DNA of 64,000 nucleotides from Calcarisporiella thermophila CBS 279.70 (taxonomy: Eukaryota > Fungi > Calcarisporiellomycota). Under the pieces are notes generated by a model. It was not told the DNA's origin and made no database searches. It saw only the letters and a program-made list of their open reading frames with translations. Positions 25,906 to 41,134 of the stretch are shown in pieces. The first letter of the stretch is position 1. The number at the start of each line of letters is the position of its first letter. Location: contig NW_027192191.1 of assembly GCF_041956535.1 (NCBI RefSeq), positions 433,267 through 497,266 of the forward strand. The letters are read 5' to 3'. Both the position numbers and the translations under genes were made by a program.

Positions 25906-26421
25906 GTTGCGAGTTGTATGCGAGGAAGGAAGGGTGTATGCGTAACGAAAAAGAGCGGTGGCAAACTTTTCAAGGGCCGAAATTCGGGACTATTTCTCGC
26001 CTGCATCTCGGAACCGATTGGCCGCCTTGATTGCAAGGAAAGAGGACAGCGTAAATCAAGAGTCAGTACGGCGAAAGCGCATTAAAGCTGGGTGTCATCA
26101 CAGCCGGGCTTGGTGTCTCCAGGCCCGGCCTCTCCTCAACTGGCCGAACGATCTAACTTTTCAAATGCAAGGCCTCGAATCAAACGGCGGAAAATACAGC
26201 GAGCAAAGTTATTATTCTAAGTGAAGCTATAAGGGGAATTCATGGCAATTTCTAAGCTCTCGACCTCTGCGCTATAAAGTCGCCACAGGCCTCGGTCACA
26301 ATGGCTTTTTTTATTATGAAGATCTTTCCCCAATCTACTTAGACCTCTAGCTCCGACCGATTCGAGTTTTAGATCTGGTTTAAGAAGTTCCTTTTGGTAC
26401 TGTTCAGACGCCCGAACTTGT

Positions 26422-28272
26422 ATGTGTTTGCCACTTCCACTTTTCCCTACTTACATGATGTGGAAACTGAGCCTAGTGATATTCATTGCCATCTTTGCAG
26501 CATTCTCATTTGAGCTACCATCGAAATACCAAATCATTTTTAATGACAACGCCGATGACCACGGCTACGATTATTGTGAAGCAAATTTTCCTAATGCCGA
26601 AGAATATACAGTGCCGGTAAGCCCGAGAGAGAAATGCTCCCTGTCTTTTCAAAACATGATAATGAACCTCCTGTCGCACGCTAGGCCAATGCAAAGCTGT
26701 TGCTCACCCAATTAGTCGTCAGGCATGGAGGTAATCTCTTCGTTATTCCGGGATTTATTAAATTTGGCTCTTTCGCATTATGTTTCGTGTCTGACAATTT
26801 TTTTTTTTTCAATAGACCGGTACATACTTTCATAGCATTTGTATCTCTGAGTAAGGAGAGAGCAAATCGTATTAAACTCTGATTTGCTTTTTTTAGCTCA
26901 CCCAACAATCCACTGCCACACGAAGACGTGGAATGGAACTGCCCTGCGAATGAGTACAGCTTTATTAAAGAGAAAGACGCGTTCAGCAACCAATCCGTCA
27001 GTCCGATGGCGCTCCTGGCCATCACCGTCCCCGAAAATACCCCGTTTCGATATAGGTTGTGGAATGGCACCTGTAGCGTTGGTAGGCCCACCGCTCTCGG
27101 ATATTCTAGGATTAGTTGCACTTACCTATTAATGGCTCCATCGTGAATAGGCCAGCTGACAAAGAAGGGGATGGACCAGCATGTTGAACTAGGTCAATCT
27201 CTGCGGAGGCTTTACATCGATAAGCTCAAGTTTATTCCTTCCGACTTTGATAACCAGCCGTCCATTTTCGTCCGAGCAACGCAAGTCTGGTAAGTCGTGG
27301 CGGCGAGTTTCTATTATGGAGCCTATTTTTTAGCTCTCCCTATGATGTAGGCGAGTCCGACAGTCCGTTGAGAGCCTTCTATCCGGACTTTATCCACACA
27401 AGCATGTGGCCGCCAACTCTTATATCGTCATTCATACGCTCCCGAGGGAAGCTGAGAATATGCTCCCCAATTTTGAAGCCTGCCCCAAATTAGTGGAGCT
27501 GCAAGGGCTTTCGAAGAAAACGAAGACTTTCAAGAAGTTCTTCCGCCAGAACCGAGATTTATACGAGACCCTCAATCATATCCTGAAGACCAAGAAGCAG
27601 AAGGGTCGCTGGGCGAAATCCTTTATTCCATTTGCTGATCAGTTCCATGCACGGGGTTGCCACAAAAAACAGCTCCCTTGCGACTCTTCGGGCGCCAATT
27701 GTGTGACCGACGAAATGGCGAAAGTCACCAAGGCTTTAGCCGACTGGGAATGGCAATTTGAGAGGTAACCACTTTGCACCCTTATTTCATTCATATTCTA
27801 GTCTTGATTATCCTGGTTCCCCTCCTTTTTAAATAGACGGGACTCTCCATACGCCAAACAATATGATCGCCTCATGATCGGCTCCTTTTTTGGTGAGCTC
27901 CTGGAGGAGCAGAAAAAAATGATTGATTGCGCCGAGCACTCCAACTCTACCCTCCTCAGCGATCAGAGTGAGCATAAGTGCGGCGCCAAGTTTAGTCTCT
28001 ATGCCTCACACGATGACACCATTACGGCCATACTCGGAACGATGGGCGTGCCCTCCTACAGATGGCCGCCGTATGCATCCAATGTCATTTTTGAGCTTTG
28101 GCGCGCGGATTCCGCACAGTTCGAGCAGAGATATTTCCTCAGGGTATTGTATAACGGAAAGTGGCTGAATAACGCCGTCTGTGACCTGGAAAAGGGATGC
28201 TCGATAAACGAGTGGGAGCAGCATATCAAGGGCTACATTCCAACCGACCTAGAGACCGAGTGTGAATACTGA
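26422..28272 (+). CDS. Secreted histidine acid phosphatase (branch 2); alternative start at 26455
   Basis: Signal peptide; RHG|DR|SP rebuilt through a 4-nt exon at 26816-26819; GQLTKKG..QH..LG..LR..Y; SHDDT (HD motif); WPPYAS..IFELW. Confidence 0.9.
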
Positions 28273-28418
28273 AGCGTTAGAAAATTAGGAAGTTTTAGTG
28301 CTAAGATTTTTTTTAAAATTATATTTGAAATAAAAGAGCGCTCTTTGTCGAAGACACGCCCCCTTTTCTATCACGAAATGGTAGCAAATCTGCGCCACGT
28401 AATATCCGACAAGGACAA

Positions 28419-28429
28419 ACGCGTCGCGT
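28419..28429. promoter_or_regulatory. Overlapping MCB-like elements upstream of ELG1
   Basis: ACGCGTCGCGT about 55 bp before the ATG at 28481; ELG1 is an MBF target in yeast. Confidence 0.6.
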
Positions 28430-28480
28430 TTCTTTTTCGAATAACCCTCCATCTCCTGGTTGCATGGGAAGTCGGGAACT

Positions 28481-31400
28481 ATGTCTACAGGCGGCGGTGA
28501 TGCGTCTGTCAATGACAAAATAAACATGGGCCTGGGAGTGAGTGTTTCGCTTTGTTGTTATTTTTGTGGATTATAGGTGGAGAAAATTCTGATCATCGCA
28601 CTTGGTTAGGGGGCAGAGGGGGTAAATCAGTCACCGCAGAAAAAATCAATTCATCCATTTTTCCTCAAGAAAAAGGAGGAACAAGGTAACTAATCGACTG
28701 ATCCATGTTGAGACTGAACGCTGATTTTACATTCTTGCACCCATGCCATCATCGACCAAAGACGAGCCTGTGCATGAACCCCCACAAATAACTGCAACCC
28801 ATGAGCCACCAGTAACAGATTCTCGCCCTGCCGTCATTCATCCCTTTTTCATGAGCCCTGCAGAGCGCCAGAAGAAGCTGGAGCAAGAGAAGAGGGAAGA
28901 GGCGGAGCGCAAAAGAAAGGAAGAAGAGTCAAGAAAAGTCGTGGCCACCACTAAAAGAGCGACCGAGGTGTACATCGATGTCGAGAAGGAGCCGTGGAGA
29001 GATGAATCCAAATCAATTCATCCTTTTTTTACCCAGCGAGAGCGCCCGCAGCTTGCTGTTGAAGAAGGCTCTCTTCATGTTAACGTGTACGTGCCACCCC
29101 CAGAGTTCAAAGAGGCGCCTTGGCCTGGTTCAGTTGGTTGCAGCCACGTGAGGCAGCTGGACGAAGACATCATCTTGGTTAACGAAACTTATCTGAATTC
29201 CCAGCGAACAAAGGGCAAAGCAAGCTCGTTTGAGGTACCGTCCATCTCTGAAAAGTTAAGGGAGTATTTACATGATTGGAGCTCAGGGCGCTCTCGTGGA
29301 GAGGACCTTCTCTCTACCTCACAATCAACCTCGACAAGCAAAGGATTTCGCAAACTTCCCTTAGCCGTTGTAAAATGGTATTTAGAGACAATCTATACGA
29401 AAGATCAGCTCGAATCTAAGGGTTGCCGTCACCTCCTCGATCTCGTGCTTGCGGAATCGGGTTCTCAGCCACAGTATTCCCTTCCATGGACCCAAGTCTA
29501 TCGTCCGCAACACTCTGACCATGTCCTAGGCAATCGGGAACAGACCGAGTATCTACGGCGTTGGCTTAAAGAGTGGCTACTGACCCCTTCAATCATCACG
29601 CGAACCGACGAAGATCAGAGCGGCTTCTCCTTGACGCCCCAACTGTCTCCTTCGAATTCGGCTCCCCCGGTCATTCCAGAGAAACGCAAAAAGAAACCAG
29701 GTCGCAAGCGTCGTCGCAAAGATGGGCTTGACAGTTTTATCGTTAGCACCGATGAAGAGAATAGCGACTGGCAACCTGGAGGACTCGCCGACCTCTTTTC
29801 TTTATCAGACGATGACTTCCAAACCCCATTGCGTGGGAGCTTATCCCCTCTTAATAAACGGCCGCATATGCCCAGGAAACGGCCAGAGTTTGTGACCTCA
29901 AACCTTATATTAATTGTTGGACCAACTGGCTGCGGGAAAACGACGGCAGTTTATGCGTGCGCAGAGGAGCTGGGCTATGAGGTCTTTGAAGTGAATGCAG
30001 CATCGCGCAGGTCGGGGCGAGATCTGTTGATGATGGTTGGGGAGATGACGCAAAGTCATTTGGTGGGATGGGATAAGATCGTGCTTGGAATGCCAGAGTC
30101 CGAAAATGGTGCAAGCACACCAGAAGAAACAATGGTGGATCTGACGGAGTCGGCTTCCAATAGCCCGGCTGATCATGTTGGAATGGAAAGAGGGCGAGGA
30201 AGACCCAGGGTGAAAAAAGCCGGACTGGGGACCAGCATACCCGAGAGGGGAGGGGAGGTGGAAGACATATGCATAGAGGCAAGGCAAGACCAGGGAGGGG
30301 CGGCGCTTGCTGCTAAACCGAGGCAGTCACTAATTCTGCTTGAAGAGGTGGACGTTATGTATGAGGAGGACCGGTCGTTTTGGAGCTCGGTCGTCTCGCT
30401 TGCTCTCAAGAGTAGACGGCCGATCATCATGACATGTCAAGGTGACTCCGCCCAAATTCCTAGTGAGGTTAATCATTCTGACCTTTTCGTTTGCCTTTTT
30501 ATCCAGATGCCTTCCCCATCCCAATGGGGAACCTTCACCTCCAAAGGGTTCTCCGCTTTACTGCTCCCCCTGTTCACGAGGTATCTCCCTATCTGCATCT
30601 GATGTGTCTACTCGAGGCTTACTGGGTAGATCCCACCCACCTTGAAAACTTGTATTTGTGGCTACGGCAAGATTTAAGGCGCACCATTTTCCAGATAGAG
30701 ATCCTCGCGCGAAGCTCAGGCGAAAGAGTGGGAGACCTGTCGATTGGGGGAATGGAAGTAGAAGAAGATTCCTCGGATATACACCGGTTGCTAAGGGAGT
30801 TGAAGCGCTGTGAAAAGTTTTACAATCAGGCGTCACAGTTGGAATTTGATTGGGGGGAAAATACCCATTTTAATATTGTTCGAAGATTCAGAGATGTAGA
30901 TCTGAGTATAATGAGCGAGCTTGGGATGAAAAAATGCGGAGACGATATAAATTGGGTAAGCCTACTGAGGGCTTCCGAAAAATGGGTATCCTTCAATGAG
31001 GACGCAGTGGAAAGTCTGTATTTGCGACGATGGGAGAGATTTTTGGAGGAATGGTTCTCATCAACGGGGAGTCGTGCTATAGACTTTTTCACTTCGCAAA
31101 AAGCGGGGTATTTAGGAGAATCGAATGGTGCCTCCGATGAAGAGGATAAGTTGCAGAGTGAATCAGAGTTAGGAGCGCCTCAAAGGAAGAAGGAAAGGCA
31201 CTTGAAAGAGCTTGCTATGCTCAGAAATAGAGCAAGGTATTTGGAAAATGTGTCGTTGCTGGATGCAAGAATTGGAGTCTCAAAGCGGCGGCTAGTGGAG
31301 GTGATTAGAGTTGATTCATAATTTGAATCATTTATATGTGTATATATGTGTATGATTAATTATTAATTTTATGATTAGATACAAGAAGGGGATCAATATG

Positions 31401-31973
31401 ATTCCAGCACAGATGATCTTGTGGGCTATACCTCCATATTCAAGGACATCAACTCGGCTGGGCGGGAGCATTGGTCATTCGAGCAAGAAGTCGAGGCATT
31501 TGCTTCTATCTTGAGCCAGCTTCAGTCGGGAGAGGAAAGCACAGGCATGCTACCCTCTGGGATGGATTGGGGTGTTGAGTTGGTAGAGAAATGTCGAGGG
31601 GGTTTGGAATCGATTCGGTTAGTGAGAAGCTTCTGCACGCTGGACAGCATTTGTATTTTATTTCTTAGGAATATTATCTGCTTTCTATCCTAGACAATCC
31701 ACATACTCTTCCCTTCTTCGAACTCTAACTACCACCACCGAGCTCCTCCGCGAATCCTGGCAGCAGCGCAGCGCCTGTAACACCCGATCCCCCGATCTCC
31801 TCGAGTGTCGCTCCTATCTCCACACCATCTTAGCGATTCAAGACGCAAAAGCGATTGCAAAAGCAAATGGCTTGGGAGAAGGGCGGCGGACCCGGAACAC
31901 CCTCTATAGGCCGCAAGTTGAAGTCGGGGAGCAGGCAAGGCGCATCCTCGAGAGCGGATATTGGCGAGGATAG
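28481..31973 (+). CDS. ELG1: Elg1/ATAD5 RFC-like PCNA unloader (6 exons)
   Basis: W...YRP, GPTGCGKT Walker A, ELGYEVFEVNAASRRSG, SLILLEEVD...EDRSFW......SRRPIIMTC, DLRRTI; C-terminal GRRTR; stop 31971-31973. Confidence 0.88.
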
Positions 31974-32462
31974 ATCACTCACACTCACTCTGACCTCTGA
32001 TGGGATTGTGGTGATTAGCAGGGATTTGGGAACTGGATAGGACTTCTACCGCGATTTTTGTACACTTGTAATATTTTTTTCGTCAACCAAATTCTTTAAC
32101 ATAAGCCTTGACACTTGGATTCCATCTTCCAAAATGTGCATATGTAATGCGGTTAGAAAAGATCATTGAGTGATCCGTTTATTATCAACAAAAACAACTG
32201 AAAGGGTGAAGGGGGCTTTGGGGTGAGCATAGAATTCAAAAAAGGGAAACTATCAAATGATAATGGGAAGAATGATGTAAAAAGTATATAAGGATAAGTG
32301 TATGCAAATCAATGAGCGTTGTGATATATTCATTTTTGTGGGGGGGGGGGAGATGAAAATAGGGAGGAGGTAAGAAATAGGTTGTGAGCTGGCATTATAT
32401 AGAGAGAAGTGCTTTGAGATGGGTAGTGGAGGGGAGTCCAATCTGCCATCAGGAAGAGCATT

Positions 32463-34219
<1,757 letters not shown>

Positions 34220-34354
34220 TCAGGTTTCGATGTACTTTCACCACGAGGACAAATTCGACGACTAGGCTGCGCCTCTTTTTCTTGAGTCTCGTCGCTCTAA
34301 AATCCAAGAGCTGAACTATTCTCCATCTAATAGATCGCGTTGTTGCCAAATAAA

Positions 34355-35224
34355 ATGGTAATGTAAATCGAGTCCGCACTCTTCTGATTTCGGAATTCCG
34401 TGACACTGTTTTTAACTCTATATTTTTGCTAGTCTTCGTATGAGAGTCGAGTGAATTTACTGTCGGATGCCCAGCTACCCGCTGGAGCCTCTTCGACCAC
34501 ACTACAACCCGATGTCGATTTGGAGAGCGGTCCGAAACCACAACTCTCCTCCGGCACTGAATCTGCGCCCAATAATGGTAATGCGGCGGGCGGAGGATCC
34601 AATGTCGCCATGGAATACCTCAGAGCAAGCAGCCACCCCACTGTACTCATATTCCACCTGCTTTTCCGTACAGCCGCTCTCCTCACATACCTCTTTGGAA
34701 CCATTTTCACGAGCAACTTTATTCTGATATTTGTCTGCATTGTGTTGCTTCTCGCGTTTGATTTTTGGACCGTGAAAAATGTAAGCGGTCGGTTGCTCGT
34801 AGGATTGCGCTGGTGGAATGAGGTTCGAGAGGATGGAACTTCGCATTGGGTATTCGAGAGTCGCGATGTAAGTGCATATCTAGTCTATTATTCACTCGTC
34901 CTCCTTTCCTGATAATGTCCATGCTAGCCCTCTCATAAATTGAATGCCGCCGACTCACGCATATTCTGGTGGTCTCTCTACCTCTATCCCGTCATTTGGC
35001 TCTTTTTCGGCTTTATTTCTCTGCTCAAGCTGTCTTTTTCGTGGCTCCTTGTCATCGCCGTGGCCATTTTGCTCAATGCGGCTAATGTGTATGGCTACAC
35101 CCAATGCGACAAAGACGCAAAGCGACGATGGGCAACGAATTTTGCCACGGATGCAATGACTGGCAATGCTGGTGGTTTTGTCGGGCGAATTTTCTCAAGT
35201 GGATTCCGGCGCTTTATGGGTTAA
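34355..35224 (+). CDS. TVP23: Golgi membrane protein TVP23 (3 exons)
   Basis: ATG-only exon 34355-34357, intron to 34432; [49 protein letters not shown]. Confidence 0.93.
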
Positions 35225-35479
35225 AGAGTGGAAAAAAAAAACTTTAAAATATAGATGGTGAATTCTGTACTCATTGTGATATTGAAGTTAAAATTATCTT
35301 TCTGGCACGCTCCTTTGTGATAGCTATCTCCTCGCTTTAACTTTTCCCTGATTTCTCAATGTTAAAGATTTCCTATGCCTCTTTTTCTTTTCTTTTTTTT
35401 TTTTCTCTTCTTTTTCTTTAACTGTCCATTATATTTTAATATAACAACAAAATATCTGCCTTGATCACATACTCTTGTC

Positions 35480-38400
35480 CTAATAGTCAAAGCCGTCATC
35501 CACGCTCTCCATCACCTTTTTCTCTGAATTGAGCTGTTGCTTGCGGTAGAATTCTGCAATCTGATGATAGGAAATATAGCAAAGTTGAAAAAAGCTGCAT
35601 TAAGCACTAATCAAGAGATAATAGTAGTCAAACCTGATCGCTTGTGGTCGCTTCTTCAGGATGCTTATCTTCTCGTAGTTTGATAAACCTCGGGAACCGC
35701 AACGATATCCCTTTGGAGCCATCGACGTGCCCTATTGCAGCGCGATATACAGGGGAAATAGACAAGTCGGCTGCCATAACTTCCCATACCACAGCAGGCT
35801 CGAACCACACATCAGGCTTTGTTCCCTCAGCAAAAGAATAGTACCTTTTCGGGCCATCTATCAAATGCCCTTGCAGTTCCTTGTAATGGATCTCCAGGTC
35901 TTCTTCTGAAAAACCGGTTCCAATCTTGCAAATGGTCTGGTACTCCTCATTCCCAGGATCATAGCATGCTAATAGATAGGCCCCATAAAAGTTTGTTCGC
36001 TTGCCTCGTCCGTAATATGCCCCGATCACCACCAGATCGACTGTGTCTCCAAATCCGTCCAAATAATCTTTTTTAATCTTGAGCCAGTTACGGGAGCGCT
36101 TCGAGGGTTCATAGGATGCCTCATCCCCGACGAGCGTCTTAACCATAAGCCCTTCACAATGAGCCGCAATACTCTCATCAAGGAAGGTTTGAATCTCGTC
36201 GACGTTTCGTAAATCTTTATAGCATGCAAATGAAAATTCGCCAGAAACCTCCTGGAAATGGCTATGAAGTAGTTCGCGGCGCTCCATAAATGGTTTCTGA
36301 ATCAGCGGCTGTAGCATTAAAAAACAAAAAAAAACCAGGTCAATTATTATAAAGTATATAGAATCAAAGTTATAAGTGAAAACTTACTTCGCCATTCAGG
36401 TAGAGCAAATCAAACGCGAACAAACAAACCTTGACTTTAATATCATCCTCCTTAACGTCCTTTCGTTTGCGTGTGCTGAGGATTTGGAATGGTAAAAGAC
36501 ATTTTTCCTCCATGTCCCACGCGACGACCTCGCAATCAAGGATAAACGACTTTGTATCCGATTTTACGAACTGCAGATATAATATACATATATATGATAT
36601 TGCTTTAAAGGGAAGCGAAAATAGATTAGTTGCCTTTCCGAGTCGCTCCAAAATATCTGGATATTTCGCGCTCATATTCTCCGAGTTTCGACTGAAGATA
36701 GATGCTTTTCCATCCTCCAATTTGTGAATCTACAAACTGAACTGATAAGCTTGAAAGCCTTTGTCGATGAAGCCATATCGAGGTTTACCTGTGCCCGCTC
36801 GCCATCATATTTGAACTCGCACGTGAAAGGGCAGTCCTGGAATCTTGTCAAAACCTCAGTGATGCTTTTAGTTGGGTGGGCCAGCATTGGCTTTAGTGGG
36901 ATCCCTATTAAAGTGAAAAAAATTCGATAGAATTCACATAGAGGTTACATGCAGGTGGAAATGCAATGATGATAACCTGGCGTCATTTTCAAATTATCTT
37001 TTAAGTTTATTGCCCCGTACTCTAATAAATTGGGGACTATGAGATCATATGTGGGCAGCTCACTGGTTTATTGGAGGATGCGTATTAATATTAGCTAGAT
37101 TTCTCAAAATACTTCAATATTGATATCACTTACTTATACACCGACTTCAGAGTTTCAACGGCATTCTTAATTTCCATCTCGAGCTTCTCTTTCTTCAACT
37201 TCCGGGTTTCTGAATTGAACAAGGAAATAAGAAACATTTAACATAGTGTCATAAAAGCTATTGGCACCTCGACTTAATGTGATAGCATGAGCTAACGCTA
37301 CCAAAATTGTCTTCTCTGCCAATCCAATACGCAGTTTGCCCTCGAGAGATCTAATATCCTCAAGTTATAGCATTGCTATTCATATGAACAAGCAATAATA
37401 ATTTATAATTACCGAATTAAATATTTTGCCTCATTTCCTCTACATGCAACAAGCATGCCTTTGATCTTGTTGACTTTCATGGTTTGCGACTATATGAATG
37501 TGCAACTAATTAAGCTTCCAAGTCATTGATATTTCTAGAGATTTCTTTTGCAAAACTTACCGATGATCCAGTAATTTTTGCGATTTCCTTGAGGGTTTTA
37601 TAGACATTAGGTACTGTCAGTGACTTTGGTTTGAACATAGTTGGTTGCTTTCCACGACTTTTCTAAAATTCCATTATATTTATCAATTGGCATATTAAAA
37701 AACAACATCACGAGATATATCTTACTTGGGCAATATCGCCCAGATCTCCCGTCTTATGGAACTCTTCTCTGATACTTTGGAGAGATCGTCCCGTCGCTTC
37801 ACCCACCGCTTTCATCAAGAGCATCTCACCAATGCCGAGCTCAAGCCCTTCATAGTCCGGGCAAAGCTAAGTTGAAAATCGAAAAAAGTTAAACAAAAAT
37901 ATCTATCTCGCCCTTAAAACAAAATTACATACTTTATTAATACATAGATAGACGACTTGCAGTAAATTATCTGGAGTGAGCTCAATAACAGCCCGAAAGA
38001 AATTTGTCACCATATCGAGAATCGCGAGCCGCTTCGTTTCAGGTTCTATTAGCTCAAAAGTTTTGCAGAGAGCCAAATAAGGGACACTAATGGTTTGCCA
38101 ATAAGCTGAGAGCATCAAATGAGTCAATAGAGAGCAAATAAGATCACTTACGGCTCTCCCTTCTTCCATATTCCAATATCTTTCAGCTTCTGGCCCCATT
38201 CACTTGTATCAACTACGACCGCCATTTCCTCCTCTTCTTCCTCCATGACTTCCTCTTTTTTTTCTTCCATTACCTTTGGTTCACCCGGCGTGGCTGGTGT
38301 TCCTTCTGATCGCGGAGAAATGTTCTCCAAAGGAGACTCTCTCTCCTCACCAGCTTTTGCCCGTTTTGTAGACTCTCCTTCAGCTATATCGTCTGATTCA

Positions 38401-38648
38401 CGTTTTCTAACTCTTTTGTTAGCTTTATTGTCTGCTTTCTTCCCATCACTCTCGGTTGAATCACTCGCGGTAGAAATATTGGATTCTTTCGCTCTCCTAG
38501 TCTTCAATGTTTTATTTTCATTTACTTCCTCTTCAGAAACATCGCTAGAGGTAGCTGCGGGTACTATAGGTTCATCTCGTTTCCTAGTGAAGAATGTTTC
38601 AAGCTTCTTCTGCTTCGTTGAAGCCTGACTCTTCTGCTTTGGTGGCAT
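35480..38648 (-). CDS. CDC9: DNA ligase I (multi-exon)
   Basis: N-terminal PIP box QKKLETFF; [10 protein letters not shown] (motif I), [33 protein letters not shown]...R.DK. One GC-AG intron at 36633-36571. Confidence 0.96.
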
Positions 38649-38677
38649 TCTCTTACTGTGCTATGACAAAATCCAAG

Positions 38678-38683
38678 ACGCGT
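38678..38683. promoter_or_regulatory. MCB element upstream of CDC9
   Basis: ACGCGT 30 bp upstream of the CDC9 ATG, in the 160-bp divergent CDC9/JJJ1 gap; CDC9 is a classic MCB gene. Confidence 0.6.
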
Positions 38684-38808
38684 GCAACAATTAATTGCGT
38701 GGCGCATTTTCAAAACAGTCACAGTTTTCTTTGCTGAACAAGAAATTTCTTCACCCTTAAGCATTTTATCAATAGATTAGATCATTAATTCGAGTAATTT
38801 CAATAGAC

Positions 38809-40674
38809 ATGCGCCAGACATGTTACTATGAGCTGCTGGGAGTCGCCCGTACAGCTTCACAAGATGATATAAAAAAGGCATATAGAAAACAAGCGCTATT
38901 ACATCATCCTGATAAAAACAAAGATAACATCGAGGAAGCGACTCGCAAATTTGCTCTTATCCAACATGCATATTCCATTCTTAATGATCCACACGAGCGA
39001 GCTTGGTATGATGGTCACAGAGAGCAGATACTTAGAGGAGGTTGGTGAACTAAATATCTCGAGAGGGATTTGAATCGCTGATCGAAAATTTTTTAGAGGA
39101 TGTTCAGGGGGCATCGGGAGACGTAGGAACTAGTGTCGATGATCTCATGAAATATTTTGGACCTACGATGTATAATGGATTTGGTGATGATCCGAAGGCA
39201 TGACCAAATTCTTTTTTTAGCTTGATTTTCAGCGCTAACGCAATTCAAAACCTGTATTTATTATAGGGTTTCTACGCGGTATATCGGACTCTCTTCACAA
39301 AACTTGCAATGGAAGAGCGAGAAGCTTTCGAGTACAACAGTCGTACTCAAGAAGACGGTGCAGGGTCCGATGAAGATAACACCAACTTCACACCATTGCC
39401 AGACTTTGGTGACAGCTCCACTCCCTACGATTCAAAACGAGCTCAGAGATCGGCAACAGGCGGTGTGTACGTTAAGGACTTTTACAATGTATGGTTGCAT
39501 TTTGTAACGCGGAAACGATTTGCATGGCGGGACAAATGGAGACTCTCCGAGGCCCCAGATCGTAGGGTACGAAGATTAATGGAGAAAGAAAACCGCAAAG
39601 AAAGAGAGAGCGGAAAAAAAGAATTTAATGAAGCGGTTAGAGTAAGTTATTGCTCTCTTTTGTCCCCATTCGAATGCTTAACATTGAGGTTTTCTCTCTC
39701 TTTAGAATCTTGTCGAATTCGTTCGGAAGCGGGATCCACGGTACAAAGCCCACCAGGCTTTGCTTAAACAAGAGGCCGAAAAAGAAGCCTCTCGTCTGGC
39801 TGCGCTCAAGAAGGATAAGGAAGCATTAGCACAGGCTCGTAAAGCTCACCTGGAAAAAATCCAACAAGAATACCAGACCCCAGATTGGGTCCAAGACAAC
39901 CACGACCTCTGGTTAGAGGATGATGAAGAGGATAGCCAGAATGGAGTAGATACAGAGGACGAGATTGAAGATTACTATTGTGCAGCGTGTCATAAAACAT
40001 TTCGAAGCGAACAACAATGGCGTAATCATGAGGCCAGTAAGAAGCATTTGAAAAATCTTCATAAACTGAAAAGACAGATGCGAAAAGAAGCACGGGAGCT
40101 AGGATTAGAGGAGGAATTTGATAACGAAGAGAAGCATTTAGATGAAGTTGATGAAACAAATGATGTGCAGACGGGCGCAGTGGTTGACGAAGAGCCTGAT
40201 ATTTTGGACGAAGAAAAAGAAACTGACTCCCAGGAGTTATATGATGAAGAAATTGAAGAAACCATAGCTAAGGACGCGAATAGTGAAGAGTTAGAAGCAG
40301 CTTTACATGTCAAAGAGGAAGATTCAATCCACACTCTTTCTGAGTCTGTGCTCAAGACGCTCAATATCTCTGATGATGAACCCTCCGTGGCGATAAGCGA
40401 CGATGACTATACCCAGCAACCAAAAATAGGTAAAGCGAAAGCTAAACGCCAGAAGAAAAAGCTAAAGGAGGAACAGGCTAAGGCAGCAAATGGAAAAGTG
40501 ACGCAAGTATGTAATATCTGTGGTGAACAATTTGATTCAAGGAACCAGTTATTTGGGCACGTCAAAGCAACAGGACATGCGTTAGCAGTTCCTGTTAGCC
40601 AGCTATCAGGGGCTGCCGCAAGTAGAATCATCGATGGAGAAGGGAGAAAGAAAGGAAAAGAAAAGCGGAAATAA
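38809..40674 (+). CDS. JJJ1: J-domain protein with two C2H2 zinc fingers (Jjj1/DNAJC21)
   Basis: HPDKN J-domain, ERAWYD.HREQIL, FGDDPK|GFYAVY (GC-AG intron 39198-39266), [28 protein letters not shown]...F.SRNQLF.H. Confidence 0.94.
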
Positions 40675-41134
40675 ACAAACCATTTCTCTCGCTTTAGAGC
40701 AATATTTGTAAAGTTATCAGCCTACCTCACATGTTTATTCAATATACTGTCTTCATTTCCACCCTGACTAAATTTTAGGTTAGGTTTCAACACTAAATCG
40801 CCAGAAGGCGATATGACGTTCCCCGCTTTTTTTCCCTTTTTACCATTGTCGTTGCCAAGTACATTTTCATCTACATTCTGCACCAATATCTATGTGTTTT
40901 ATCTATAAAATTTCATTTGTATTTATAATATAATCGGTCCGTATTTAAGCTTTACAATTGTCAAGTATCATAGACATATACATTTAAGGTTAGTCATCCA
41001 TTATAACTTTTCCAGATTTTATTAAAAAAAATTAAAAAAATCTGGAGATCGTATTAGAATGGACGGAAGAATATATAATGTGAGAATGATCCAGCTAGAT
41101 TATTTATGTTGGTTTTTATATAGGTTTGACACAA

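Noticed and set aside
38564-38764. Upstream ORF as a mitochondrial leader for CDC9
   Set aside because: Out of frame with the CDC9 ATG, and an in-frame TAG sits just upstream of that ATG.
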